In this document: in pieces, positions 1-13,049 of the stretch
Layout: every line of letters starts with the position of its first letter
Numbering within the stretch: position 1 is the first letter of the stretch
Origin: Takakia lepidozioides
Taxonomy: Eukaryota; Plantae; Bryophyta
Assembly (NCBI GenBank): GCA_030704615.1
Contig: CM060731.1
Span: forward strand, 49,476,001-49,540,000
Length of the DNA stretch: 64,000 nucleotides
Reading direction: 5' to 3'
The notes under the pieces: model-generated
What the model was told of the DNA's origin: nothing
The model's input: only the letters and a program-made list of their open reading frames with translations
The model's database searches: none
Made by a program: the position numbers and the translations under genes

Positions 1-686
1 ATCGACCACACTAGTACAACCTTCCCCACCAGAACAGTGCACATGCCTCCAGAGACTTTTACCCAAAACTCCACGCACTGCTTTGGGTGGGTGACACACC
101 TAAGAAAGCAAATAGGCAAGGAACTTTATAACATCCGTTTCGATGGGACACTTCTGATTAACAAACAAAAGCCTCTAGAACCGGCCTACATCACTTGCTT
201 GAAGATGGAGCTCCTCGTGAGCACTTTTTAAAGAAACAGTAGTATCTCTCTGAGCTAATCTCAGAATACCCAAGGCAGTGGTGCTCCGTCACCACTTTTC
301 GCGTGGTGTCAGGGGGTAAATCCTATCCTCACGCGGAATAACAGTCCACATTCCTCCCTGTCTCAGTGGTGAGAACGTGCAGCTGGCTCCTATAGTCCCC
401 AAAGCCTTCGAATGTGATGTAGGCGACGTTAACGACAAGCAATATGGCAGGAGGATGCGATTACACTTTATTCGGAGCAAGTTCGACTTGTAAAATCGGG
501 ACGCCGGCACTAACACGTGGATTTTCCGAGAGCCTTTTTCGATCAGCCTGTTGGATGACCCATGGGGACTGATCAAATGGGGCCTAATTTTCTGCGTACA
601 GTTACTGTCCGCACAGGAAACGGCAAACTACGCTGAACTATCAAATTTACTGCAGAGGGAGGAAGGAGAGAAGAACTAAAAAAAGA

Positions 687-691
<5 letters not shown>

Positions 692-764
<73 letters not shown>
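692..764. repeat. (GA)n microsatellite in the PILS intron
   Basis: About 70 bp GA run with one interruption. Confidence 0.95.
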
Positions 765-767
<3 letters not shown>

Positions 768-818
768 TTTTAAATCTCAGTTCGTATGGGAAAACGGCAA
801 GAGGAAGATAATGTACAC

Positions 819-980
819 CTTCGTGAGTAGCCTGCGGGAGGGAGCAGGGAGAATGTTGATGTGGGAGGTGGACATAAGCAAGCCCAAGCCACACAGCACC
901 AGGACCTTGGCAATAGGTAGCACTGCAAATTGTACCAGGGCCGCAGTCGATTCGTGCAGCTGCAGCACCATATTCTCCAT
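819..980 (-). CDS. PILS: PIN-LIKES auxin efflux carrier, first coding exon; gene continues left of the window
   Basis: MENMV...LVQFAVLPIAKVLVLCGLGLLMSTSHINILPAPSRRLLTK resembles the PILS2/6 N-terminus; ends at donor AAG|gtgtac. Confidence 0.75.
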
Positions 981-3400
981 ATGTAACCTTCCCTTTCAAA
1001 AATACATGCAGAAAACACAACACACACACACCAGTCTGTATAAAAATTTAGTGACCAATCAAATGAATAGCTGCAGTCCTATAAAACCCAAGAAGACAGA
1101 GAAGATACACAGACGAGAGATGCCCAGGAAGTTTCCTCGGGGAGAAATAATTACCGGCGGATTAAAGCTCCAGCCGTTCAAGCGCAGAGGACCCCATTAC
1201 ACTCTCTCCTCCATGCACACATCAATTCCAATTCTTCTTTGTTGTCACTCTTGTTGCCATAGCGGTTGCCATACTAACATATTTTAATCCTCGTCATCAC
1301 CATCTGTGTCTCCCTTAATCGCTATTCCTATGCTCTACAGCATCACCACGCTGCGAACAATCAGCTTACTCTCACAGCTTCCAACGAGACTGAAAAATTA
1401 AAAAGACATAAGCCCGGGCTCATGGTTGTCCCTTTCCGCTCTTCTTTACCGGCGCGATTCCTAGAGCGATTGAAATACTAATATCTCTTCACTCTATTGC
1501 AATATCGCTGTCAGCCACAGAAAAGGCTCCTTGACAATCAGATCACTGCCAAATCTTTCAAAGTAGACTGCAAAACTGAACAGACTTCACCCCACGCCCC
1601 TCTTGTGCTCCTAGCCGTCATGATACTCATTCTCTTCACTCGCCTCGTCCGCCTTTCACACCTCTCTCTCTCTCCTCCACACCATCGCCTGCAAAGCTGC
1701 AAAGCTTGGCTGGCAAGAGAAATTGCAGGAGGGTTTCATGAGATGGAAAGCAAGCGCGTCTGCAAACTACCTACCCCGCAGGGCTGCCATCGACACTGCA
1801 CTACGCACGTGTGGGCGCTCTGCAGCTCTACGCACGCCGCCACGCTGCGCGCTCGCCGCATGACACCTACGCAGAGCGATTGCTCGCCACTTGGCCGGCC
1901 ATCGCATGTGGCCAATGGGTGCACTTACCTCGCACGAGTGTATCGCACGTGCATAATCCGCAGCAGCGTTTTTTCGAATTTTCGCCAGATTTCGACCTCA
2001 AAGAATAAAATGGAATATTCTGTCTCAAATTCCTTGTTTTTAATGGATAAAATCGCCAAACTTCTCCAAATAAAAAATAGATTATGGATGAATTCGCTAA
2101 ATATGGATGATATAAATGGATTAAAGTACAGATGTGGATGAGTTAGAGTGGATGAACGGAATGTACGGCTAGTTTTTGCAAAACTCTGTAGCCACTCGTG
2201 CTGTTTTGCAAATTTCTTTAAAAAAATCTCTGTAAATCTCTGTGACCCGTCGCTGTCCGGGGGCGGATCCATGTACATGTAACGTGAACGAAGAACAATC
2301 GCAATAATGTTAATATAATGCAAGCGTGCGATCTCTGACGGCGCGGTACAGTACGCCAGTTTCCGGCATGTCAAATCTTCCCCACCCTCTCGCCGGAGCG
2401 TAGTCTGAACGTCTGAACTCTGAACCCTCGGTTGCCTGCTTCGGATTGGCAGATCTGTAGTGAAGGACACAGAGAAAGAGCGGGAAGCGGGGCGCATGAT
2501 TCTATCCTCTTCAACTTGGACACAATCAGCAAGCAAGCAATGGCTCGGTACCCTGTCACAGGTATATGGCTATCTTTATGTTTTGCAGATGGGTAGAGCT
2601 TGAAGTGAAGAAGAGTGGGAAAAGTTTGGGTGTGAGTTGAGTGCAGAGGAAAAGCTTATCAGACAGAATCTGGCTTTTGGACGCTTCACAAGACATGGTG
2701 AGTTCGCATTTTCTTTTTTATGTCCGACCATGTGTTTCGCTAGAGTGGAAGCTGTCCATCCACAGAGATTTACGTATGGCTGAGGGTGGTAACACCAGCT
2801 TGAGTCCATTACGATTTGGAGTGCTCTGGTGGCGCATTTCGTTCTTCTAAGCTTCCAATAGGCTTCTCCCTCCTATGAGGGTATCCTGGACGAAATTGGG
2901 TATTTACCTGCTATCGCTTATAACGTGCCTATTGGAGGTACGCTATCGTCTATATGTACACGATGCCTATGCTGCTACTTAGCATTGTCATGTTTCTCTT
3001 ATCGTTTCGCTGTGGAGGGAAGAGAGAAGAGCCTAGTGGGGCCCAGGATTCCACAGGTCTGAGGCTCATCTCGCTGTCCCTAAGATCTTTTCCTGTACCG
3101 GTAGCGGAAAAGACAGTGCCTGGGAGACGAGCTACAGGCGTCAATACCTGTGTCAAGAGTTTTGTTGTGGGTGATTGACATTTTCCTGAAAGACTCATTC
3201 TGGGTGTGGATTGGGGTGCTTGGACTGCTCTTTGAGTGCATGCTAATGTCTTCTCTATGGAGCACATTAGGTTGGATTTATTTTTTCATTCCAGGTTGGG
3301 ATGGAAGTTTGAACAAGCTTAGGAATTCGGAGACGCAATGAAGAAAAAAAGGCTTCTTGTGGATAAATTGAGGGCGCGTGTAAATCCTGCTTCTTTGCAG

Positions 3401-6400
3401 GAAGGCTGTTGAAGATGAAGCAGCCGGAAGAATATTTTAGTTGTATGGTAGGTCAGCCCAGGAGAGGTTATCACGCAACATGCTGGAATCACTGATGCGC
3501 AACCAAAGAAGGTTGCTTGATGTGAATGCTTTTTTCAGCACTACCCCTTCTATCAAGTAGGCATACGAATGGCCTCGTGTCCTCCGTCACTCAGGTCATT
3601 TGATTCAAGGCGACTATGTATTGGAATCCCAGCCACCATTATGAAGCCACCTTTGACAAGCCAGAGACAAATTCAAGGACCCAGGGGAATGGCTACAGCC
3701 AAAAAAGGTAGTGAAGGGGGTCCCAGTTTATTTGACCAATGGCTGGCAGCCAACCCGCTACCAGAATCTGGGCCAAACAAGGAGAATGTGAGAAGTGGCT
3801 CTGATGCACTTAAAGGGGGTCTATTCCATTCTCCTCACCAGGCTGAGAGATGTCTCCCTCAAAATGCAAACCTATGGGCAAAAATGAAACATGTGGAGGA
3901 TGAAAAATGGGGAATCACGGACATTGGTGTGACTTCCGGAGGGGGGACCGAGGGACAGAAATTGAAATTGCCATTGAGAAATGACAGGCTCTATGTTAAG
4001 AACATGGAGGTAGTAACTCAGAATGTGAATAATGTAACTTTTGATGGCAAAGGATCCCCTGACTTAGGAGAGGGCATGAGAGGACCCTCAGAAGAAACAG
4101 GAACTTGTCTTGGAAGCCATCGAAAGTTCTTGGGCTCCCTTGCTTCAGGAGAAAAACAAAGGTGGTGGCGGGGGAGTCAGCAGAAATGGGCAAAGTTTTC
4201 ATGGAGAGAGACAGGAGATGTATTGTATGACTGCCTGTGTGAGTGTGGCCAAATGGTGTGGGATAATAAGCACAAACGCTTTTTGGAGGTACACCCTTTC
4301 TACCTTGTGAAACCTCCCTCATTTCTGTATCTTAGTGGAAGCCCAAGTCAGGGGTAATAGAGGCCGTATCAGTTCCGATACGCAAGACTAAAGACCTGAG
4401 CGTTTCTTGTAGCCTTTTAGTTGGGAGTCCAGACACTTCTGGTTTACAATTTCTTTCTGTAAGCATAAGGAGGGTCTTTTACATTCTCTTGGGGAGGGGA
4501 CTTTTGTTGGTACATCTCTGTTATGAACTTAGATTCTCTGTTGATGAGGCTTTTAGGCCAGTGTGTGGAATCCCCACTCGCATGCATGGCATGTTCAGGG
4601 TTCCTCTTACTGGCTGAGGCCACAAAATGGAAAGACTATTGTCAAGGAAGCGTCCCCAGATGCCCACTGCACCCCGGGGAATTTAGATGTCTGGAAGACT
4701 TATAGCTCCTTAATTTGGCACTCAAGGTGTACTTCCGGTGTCTTATGTTGGGCCACTGTTAGAGCGCCCTAGGACTTGCTGAACAAATTATGCCTGATCA
4801 AATTAAAAGTAATGCAAGTTGCAGAGGATACTACTGAGAGAATCTGTGAACTTGTGTGGATAGGTGAGCACTCGCGAAGGAGCAGAGCCACTTTCATTCA
4901 TCCCACCCTTGATTCAGCCTCCCTCACATCTTGCATGCACACCAAGCGAGTACCCTCTCTCTTCTTTCCCTATGTCCAGTTCTGTAGGTGTAATGTGTGC
5001 TATTTACAATGGGTTTACTTTGCCCATCTGGCCTCAGTACAAAATGCTTTGTTCTGGAGACCCAGAGATGAGTGGAACTGACATGAAGTGGTGATGACTG
5101 CAGGTATTTAGAAGCATTACGGCAAACAAAGGACAGTGAAGGCAGGAGGCTTCTGCTAGCACTGGTTTCCAGCAGTGCTGCTGCTCTGGGTGTCTTCGAT
5201 GATGATGCTCTGGTGTTACACAAGGTAAATTTTTTAGTGATTCATCTTAGTATGAGGGAGATCTGATGATGCACATGGGGAAGCTGATATACACCTTCCA
5301 CACCAGGATGGCTTCAATTAGTTGTGGGCTACCCGATATTTAATGGGTTTAGGTGTTTGACTATTTGGCAAAGATTGGGGATCAAAACATCGTAATGTGA
5401 ATGTTCTTCTTTGATTCTTTGGTCATTGTGTCTTAGCTATACTTGAAACATGTTCTTCACAGATCTCAACATGAATGTACTTGTTAGGTGGCTCTGTTTT
5501 ATCCCCGTTTTGTTTATGTTGGTACAAAGCTGTAGATTTTTTTGGACCTTGTTAAGGTATTGAAACCTGTTGCTTGCTTAACAGGTAATAACTGCATACA
5601 CAGTGCGTGCAAAGCAGGGCAAGGCACAGCTTCATCATCTGCGCCAGGGTGGTCCTGGCCGCATGAGTGTTGGTGGTGGTATTCGTGCCAGAGAAACTGA
5701 GCGCCTGTTCTCACGCATTTGTGAAGTAATTGTCTCTCTCTCAGTCTCTCCACCTCAGGGCCAAATTTGAGTTCTTTGGCGCTGTCATTCTGTTTTGTCA
5801 TAGTGCCAAAGCAGTTCAATGGTTCTGTTGGTGTCCCTTGAGTCCTTTGGGCCTCCCTGAGTCCTGTGGAAGATATGAATCTCTTTCTTTATCTTTTCAT
5901 TCTCCCTCTTTTTGTTTTCTATATCCAGTTTCCTGCATGTGGATTTTAATGGCTGTAAGCTAGGCTGAGTCTCATATATTCTGCTCAGGTCAAACTTCAC
6001 AAAAATGTCCTCAGATGGTTTAGCATTCTGTATACCTCTAAGGTGCTTCAGAACCAATGTGCGCAGCCAATGAGTACATCCTCTGTATGTCTGGCTTTCC
6101 CATTTTTTGGAATCTGTTTTGTAACCCCTCAGGAGTTGATTCTTTGCAGAAGCTGGATGAGTGGAGGAAGGAGATTGAATGTTGTGACCTCCTTTTCTTT
6201 AGTGGCAACATGCGTGTTTGGAATGAGGTATTCTGTAGTCCTTAAACACTAGCTTGATAGGGATGTGCCTACTAAAATTTGCAGTCGGCGACTGGCATTG
6301 ACAGACATCTCAAAGACAGGCCTTAGAATTCAAAGACTTGCTATGTTCTAGTAAAGAAGACCTTATGACATCAATATGTAACAATCAAATCTTGTCGATT

Positions 6401-6694
6401 TTTCTTCAGCAGGTTCTTAGACAAGTGATGCCAAGGAGCAACTTCTTCTAGTCAGGCTTAGATATTTTTGGTGTGCTTCCTATCAAATATTGTTGTTGTC
6501 TACTTCAGGTGTATGCAAGCATCGACCCAAAAATTCCTCTAGCAAGAGATGATGGCCGGTGGTGTAAGGTGCCCTACAGTGTCCGTCAACCACGGTTGAG
6601 AGAACTTCAGAGGTACCTAGCAGTAGTCTCTAAAGCTGCCGTTCATGTATTTGACCACCTCAACGGCCTGAGGGCTCCTGGTGAACAGTTCTAA
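3401..6694 (+). CDS. Spliced stand-alone VLRF1-domain protein (Vms1/ANKZF1-like release factor); exons 3401-3447, 4864-4949, 5104-5224, 5585-5725, 6150-6227, 6509-6694; N-terminus uncertain
   Basis: All junctions are GT-AG and in phase. Spliced product includes LLLALVSSSAAALGVFDDDALVLHKVITAYTVRAKQGKAQL...GGGIRARETERLF...DGRWCKVPYSVRQPRLRELQR, matching the VLRF1 HK..Y.VR.KQG..Q loop and C-terminal motif. Confidence 0.75.
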
Positions 6695-7559
6695 GGAAAA
6701 GTTCCGGAGTTAACTTGGAATGATGATAATTCCTTTGTGACTTAAATTGAAAGATCCTGTTGCAGGGTTTATTATGGGCTCAGCCATGGAGCTGTTGGCT
6801 ATGGTGTGGTTACTGATCAATCCTATGTGTAGTACCTCACCTCCATATTTCTTCAACAACATTGATCTCCTTGACATTGATGAGGTTCTGTCTCTACTCT
6901 TCTCCCTGTATAGTTCTGTTCGGTTTATGAACACCATCTAAGAGATTTGTAATTGGAATGACAGGCAGTGTGGACATCATCTGTCTGCTTTTGCCCATGT
7001 AGCTTCTAGTTTTGTGCCATGGGGGCAGCTAAGTAGCTGCTTGTTAGTCCTTCTTGAAGGGAAAAAAAATCTTGGACTAGCAATCTGGCTAGAATTGATG
7101 CAATTAGGTATCATGTTGCTCCAACATTCGTTGTATCTTTTTCATGCACTCATTTGCCTTCCGCTTATCATGTTGTGTTCAGTCGATGGATTGTGTAATT
7201 TTCAGTGTAGTTTGTTTTGATGAATTTGCGCTGTTTGTAAGATATACTCTACATCTTCCAGGACTTCCTTTCAACAAGGCTGGCTGTGGCCTCGGTGTGT
7301 AGCTGCAGCTGACTGCTAAGGACTGTCAAGGCCAGGATATAGACGACGCTTTTAGATCATGGTTGCGAACAGTGGAAGAGAAATCATGATCCGCGTCCAA
7401 GCTGGGTACATTTCATATAGCTGAGGGTTCTGACCAACTGCACAAGAATCTTTATTTTACTCGGAATGGATTGTATAAGTATGAATGGGGTCTTTCCCAG
7501 TGCTATTTGAGGGGAGATGACAACCCCCCTTTCTACTGTACATTTTCACTGGGCTGCAA

Positions 7560-10500
7560 TTAGAAAAATAATGTGGGCAATAGTTTTAAGAGAAGTACCG
7601 GGGCTGAAAAAATCACAAGCCATCTGAAGTGAACATGCTTTGCAGCAACCAATTTAGTGTGTTGACTACCACAAGAACCTAATAAATTAGGTCGAGGAGA
7701 GAAGTTAGCGACGCCTGCTGTCACAAAACTGGCACGCCTCCTCAAATCCTGGAACTGTACACCCACACCTGAACTAGCAGGACCTTTATACCCAATTGCT
7801 CGAGTATCAATACTAATGCCTACATCAGTTTGTATTTGAGATACGGTAAATGGTTTTGCACTAACCAAGGGCCACAACACCTGCTTGCGCTGCTCTCTGT
7901 GTAGTCGCCTCCATCGCTTCAATTCCTTTCTTATGACATGATTTACAGCTTTTGAGTAACTGCGAGGATCATGGTCCCTAGATACGGCACCCCCCCATCC
8001 GTAGGCACCTGGATCACTCAAAATTTCTAATGGGTGGGGCATGTTTAAAAACGCCCTTTCTGCAGACCGCACCTGAAGGGTAGGTGCAAGGATCTCATTA
8101 TCCACATGTAACTCCGGAAGCTGTACTGCGTACATCCCACTTCCTTCTGGTAGCAAAGGGTGGGCAGGGGCCTGGCTGTCGTCAGGTTGTAGGATGATCA
8201 TTTGGCCCATTGGGGCATACAGCAGTCTCTGTTCATGCACACAGCAAAATCCAGAGTTTCTCTGTCAGAACAAAAAGCACCCTAATTACTAAGGATATAT
8301 CTTCATGCTCAACCCACATCCAGCTACGTGAAAGGCTCACAAGCACATGCAAGACATATAGGCACACCAAGAGCAATCTGAGTACCTGGTGAAGAAGGCA
8401 GGAATGTTTGCGGAAGGTTCCATTAACTCGCTTCAGAACTTCAGCAATGTGGTCTGGATAGTCACAGGAAAATGTGCGAGGAACGAGATCACGGTGCATT
8501 ACAACCGACTGAATATGGCAAGGCAACAGTCCCAGCTGTCTCAGCAGATGGTCACCTCCACACATTATAGAAGGTGCGCCAAATGCATAAACTGGTAATA
8601 TTGCGGACGATGGAACCGCCCCTCGAAATCGAAGCATGAGAGAGAGAAGTACGGCGAGACTGCCACCTAGTGAGTGGCCAGTAAAGCGAAGGCGAGCTTT
8701 CTCCCCGTGTTCCCTAATGTGTGCATGCACCAATTGAATCACCTGCTCGTAAAGGCCCTTTGCAGCCTCGTAGATCCCACGGTGCACTACAACTCCCAGC
8801 TTTGGATCCTGCACAGTTAAGGAAAGGTGTGACTATGCGAAACAACGTAACAACTAACAACCTTGACCACCCCTAGTTGCTGATCACAAATGGCAGAGGC
8901 CCACGTTTTCATGCAGCATGTCCTTCTAAAGTAAGTCTTCATTGTACGAATGAGCGGGTGAAAAGCCAACGCAAAAGTGAGGAGAGTCCGATAGGTGGTT
9001 ACCTCAAAATGAATTGGCTCAAACAGAAGATTCGCCTTCCAAGAGGCAATTGATTCGGAGCCCTGCGTCCATGTGACGATGATCAAGAATGTCAAAGAAA
9101 GCAGAGCCTACTCCTTTCTCCTCTATTCTCAAAACCTTCAAAGCTTTGAACCTTTAAAGCTTGCCCTCGGCGGCTGGTTACTGGGTGCTACCCGATCAAT
9201 CTGATGTAAACCTCATGGGCCTGGATCATGGTTAATTTTTCCATGACACCTATCAATATGATTCGGACATGGTCTCTGCTTACCTGAATGGCGAAGTGCC
9301 GAGTGTGGGTGCCTCGATGATCACAAACGAACCACTCGCATGGGCAGCTGTGCACTGACTGAAAATCCTTCACCACCTCTTGCTTGGTATTCTCTTCAGC
9401 GGCCACCACAGTGGTCACAGGTGTGGCAGCAATGTATGAGGCAACAGCAAACGACATCTCAGACTCCGCGCCTTTTAGTAAAAACTCGACAGCTGCTGCT
9501 TCATCACCTTCGCTTGTCTTCGCTTGTGAGTGCAGATAAGAAGCCGCTGTATCCAACGCATAAGCAGTTCCAGGATTTACACAGGCCCCTTGCTTGTCAA
9601 CAATATCAAAATCAACGTCGCTGGATACACTCTCTGCTTGAACACTTTCAGAGGCAGAATTTTCAGATTTTTCAACTGAACCCTTATCCTTGGGCAGAGC
9701 CGCAGCTTTTCTGTCCACCGATGAAGTAACGTATCTCAGGTGATGAAATTTGTAGAGTTCACCTTGCTGCATTGACAGAATCCCCTTGTCAGATCAACTA
9801 TTCACGAAGGAAAGAATTCCGTGGAACCTTGAAAGAGGCAAATGAAGACACAACAGCATGCATACTCTCAATCGATCTGCATTTCCGAAGCATTAAAACG
9901 ACCAGGGTGGAAAAAGTAGACGGACATCAATTTTTGGAATAATATAGGCAAGGTTGCACAGGAAGGACATCTGTCCCACGAGCCTCAGTTCAGACAAAGG
10001 AATTTGATGAAGAAATTTCGAAAAAGAATCCTTGTTGTGAGAAACTCTTGGATTGTTATCCTGATTTGACTGAATGCTGTCAACTTCACACTTTGAGCAT
10101 CCACATGTGTCGCTTGAATCTGCAATATTGCTCGTCGACACTGTAGCCTCGTCAAGCCGTACTGAAGTTTGACAACTCTCTTGGCGCTTCTCATCACATA
10201 GCGGGGAAACGTCGGCCTCGTCATCGTTCTGCGTCCTCCAGAGAGACTTTAAGTTCATAATGTTTTGTAGCCAGCTGGTACTGTCGTTGATGTCAGATCC
10301 GCATTCTTCTCTTTGCAACACGATTAGAGCTTCTGGTGTTTCCTCGATCTCCTGATCTGATTGTCTTTCCATATTATCCACGCCCGACGAAACTGAGATT
10401 GTCTCATCTTCTCTCGGAAAGCAAAGAGTTGTAAGAGTATCATCACCGATCCTTGTTTCCCCTTCATTCTCCGTATTGAACCACAGGAATTGGAGGGGGG

Positions 10501-10735
10501 CAGGGAAGACAGATCGTGAAGTATGCAAGGGGAGAGGAGACAAGGAAGCCCCACGTCCACTGGTGGGAGCCTCTGCATGTGAGGAGACGGATGCATCCGT
10601 GGACCTGTCTGTTGCACTCGACTTGATGGGAGAGGCTCTGCAAGGCCGTATGATCTGCTCTGTTGCTTTGGATATGTTTTGCGACCCTTGTGGATGCGAC
10701 ATTACTACCACAGTCCTAGACATGATTGTCTCCAT
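7560..10735 (-). CDS. PLIP: PLIP-like phospholipase A1 (lipase class 3); exons 10735-9926, 9766-9284, 9062-9003, 8808-8386, 8228-7560
   Basis: GHSLGG nucleophile elbow, [37 protein letters not shown] motifs; in-phase GT-AG junctions. Confidence 0.9.
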
Positions 10736-12309
10736 TGCCTTCTTCTCCCACCAATTCTCCCACTTTCAGACTTCCTACGGGAAACAGAGAAGATGAGAAA
10801 TCCAGAATGTGAAATCCAGAATGTGCTCTCCCAAGAAAGCGATCAGATCGCTCCGATCGACGAGTTGTCTTCCCAAGTCTTTCCCAGGGTTCATTTCCCG
10901 CTATAGCTATCCCATGAGGAAAAGCAAGATGAATCACGCTACCTCCAAATATATAGGAGGGTCACTCTCTAGTCTCTAATTGACACTTGTGACCTCACAT
11001 CTCCGGGGTCCAGTCCACTCGGCCCAAGCAATCGATTGCTTCAGGAAAAAGAAAGATTCTGCGGGTAATTGGTTCGAAACACTTCACTCACCGACGCTTT
11101 TCCAAGGTACCGTAGTGGTGGGGCCACACCAGGTGGCGCCGCGTTCATGTGTCCAAACAAACATTACCTTTTGCTCTTCACTTCTGGCCCCCTACACCCT
11201 CACCGTACCCTCATCGCGGCAAGAAACCAAGAATGAACATGAGTTTGATCGATGCTATTGGCTTTAGTTTAGGTATTATTGGCTTTATTTTGGACGTAAT
11301 CTAACAGCCTCCATTCATCAAAGCGAGGGACATTTCTAACAATAGAATCCCAAAGACGTGGACTCTCTCGATAAGTTCTAGCCATTCATTCTTCTAACAG
11401 ACTGAAAATACTTGTAAAAACCTCTCAAAACGGGTGTGAAACACAGGGTTGAAAACAGGGCTTGATGAAGTTTTCCATGCAAAACTCTTCCTAAAATACT
11501 TCTTAAACTGTCAGTCACGACGATTGCAGGTGAACAATAGAGCTCCACAAGTCAGCCACTGTCAGTCACGAAAATTGAAATGTCTTTCATTCAACTCCAC
11601 GACGATTGCAGATGAACAATTATAGCTCAAAGAGGTCAGCCAGGTGTGAAGTTTGAACCATAAAGCTCAAAGAGTCAGCCAATGAAGCTCTGGAAGAGTC
11701 GGACGCTGACTGGATGCATAGTTATCCACCATTCAAGGCAGAGCTGCAAAACTAACAAAGGACACGACAGGCAGCTTATCTCCACCGGGTGCGCTGTTTC
11801 CAACGGATTGCGATATGCGCTGACGCACTCGCACTGCCACCCGAACCCGCACCCTAACTTACTCGATCTACAGTCGTGGTCTGGTGCGCCTGGTCGCACT
11901 CGACCTGTTCTGTTCACTCTCCCAAGTCAAACCGAGAAGATGAAGTTCCCACCACGTAAAGAACTAGGGCCGATTTCTCTTTGTAAATTTCTACGCGTTA
12001 TCCAGCGTAAGAGCCCGCCCCACGGGTACCAGTGCATTACACACTCATGTAATGCACCGGTGCATTACGCGAGTGTGTAATGCACACCTGCGATATTTCT
12101 TTATCTTTACCTGCAAGATCTTTTTTCACGACAAGCTACTGGCGGGGAGAAAGCATAAAGGAAGGATGAAAAGATAAGGAAATCATCCTATTTCTTTACG
12201 CAGGGTAATGGTCCTCGTGTGGGGCACTCCCGGATTTTCGAGCCTTCCCCTCGGGCTACCGCCGTGGGTGAGGCCCTTAAATTCGGGAATGCCCTCCACT
12301 CAGGGCATT

Positions 12310-12400
12310 ACCCTATACCTCCCCACGTGTTCCCAGTGTCACCCACCTTGCAGTTCCCACTACCTTCCCACGTGTTCCCAGTGTCACCCACCTTGCATTA
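12310..12400. repeat. Two tandem copies of a ~42-bp unit
   Basis: cccacgtgttcccagtgtcacccaccttgca occurs twice. Confidence 0.8.
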
Positions 12401-13049
12401 CGGTATTACCACGCTTTAAATAATAGTTGACCAAACTGTTACCGGGGCAACGAGCACCCAGATTCGATCTCACCACCTCTCTACATCGGTAATCCATAGG
12501 GAATCTGGTTAATCCCTAAAGGACCACGCGACCCATTTTGGGTCATTCAATATGCTCTGGGGGCCTCGGATCTAAACCAAATGGGGCCCCACAAATTACT
12601 TTATAATCTTATAGATCCAATGGTGAATTCCGTTTTTCACTTTTGTATTGGATTAACGAGGAAGGTGGGCATCCAATCCAACGGTGGACAGGATTTATGT
12701 TTTATTTCAAAATAAAAAAGATTGTTTCTCGACTATTTGAATAAAATAGACTAAAACTAATCAAATATTATTTTATATTATCTCATTCAGTTCCTTAAGT
12801 GAAATTACGAAATAATTTAAATTTTTTTGTCACTTGCGTATCTTCCTTCTATTTCGTGATACTATCACTTCAATAAGAGACATATAAGAGACATTTTGAT
12901 TCATTACTGCTTCAAATAATTCATCTTTCACCAAAAATGTCGGTAAGTTCGTCCCAAATATGGAAATATGGTACCAACATGCAAGGGGGTCTCATCTACG
13001 GGGCATTTCCCAACCACTCCGTGGTCCTTTAAGGGTTAAGGGGATGTCC

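Noticed and set aside
1-600. Further PILS exons
   Set aside because: No PILS-like translation found; looks like decayed intronic repeat.
1497-2536. Overlapping 214-aa and 203-aa ORFs
   Set aside because: They lie in the divergent promoter/UTR region and show no protein-like motifs.
3569-4357. 262-aa ORF in the VLRF1 intron
   Set aside because: No recognisable domain; probably a LINE-derived relic, not supportable as a gene.
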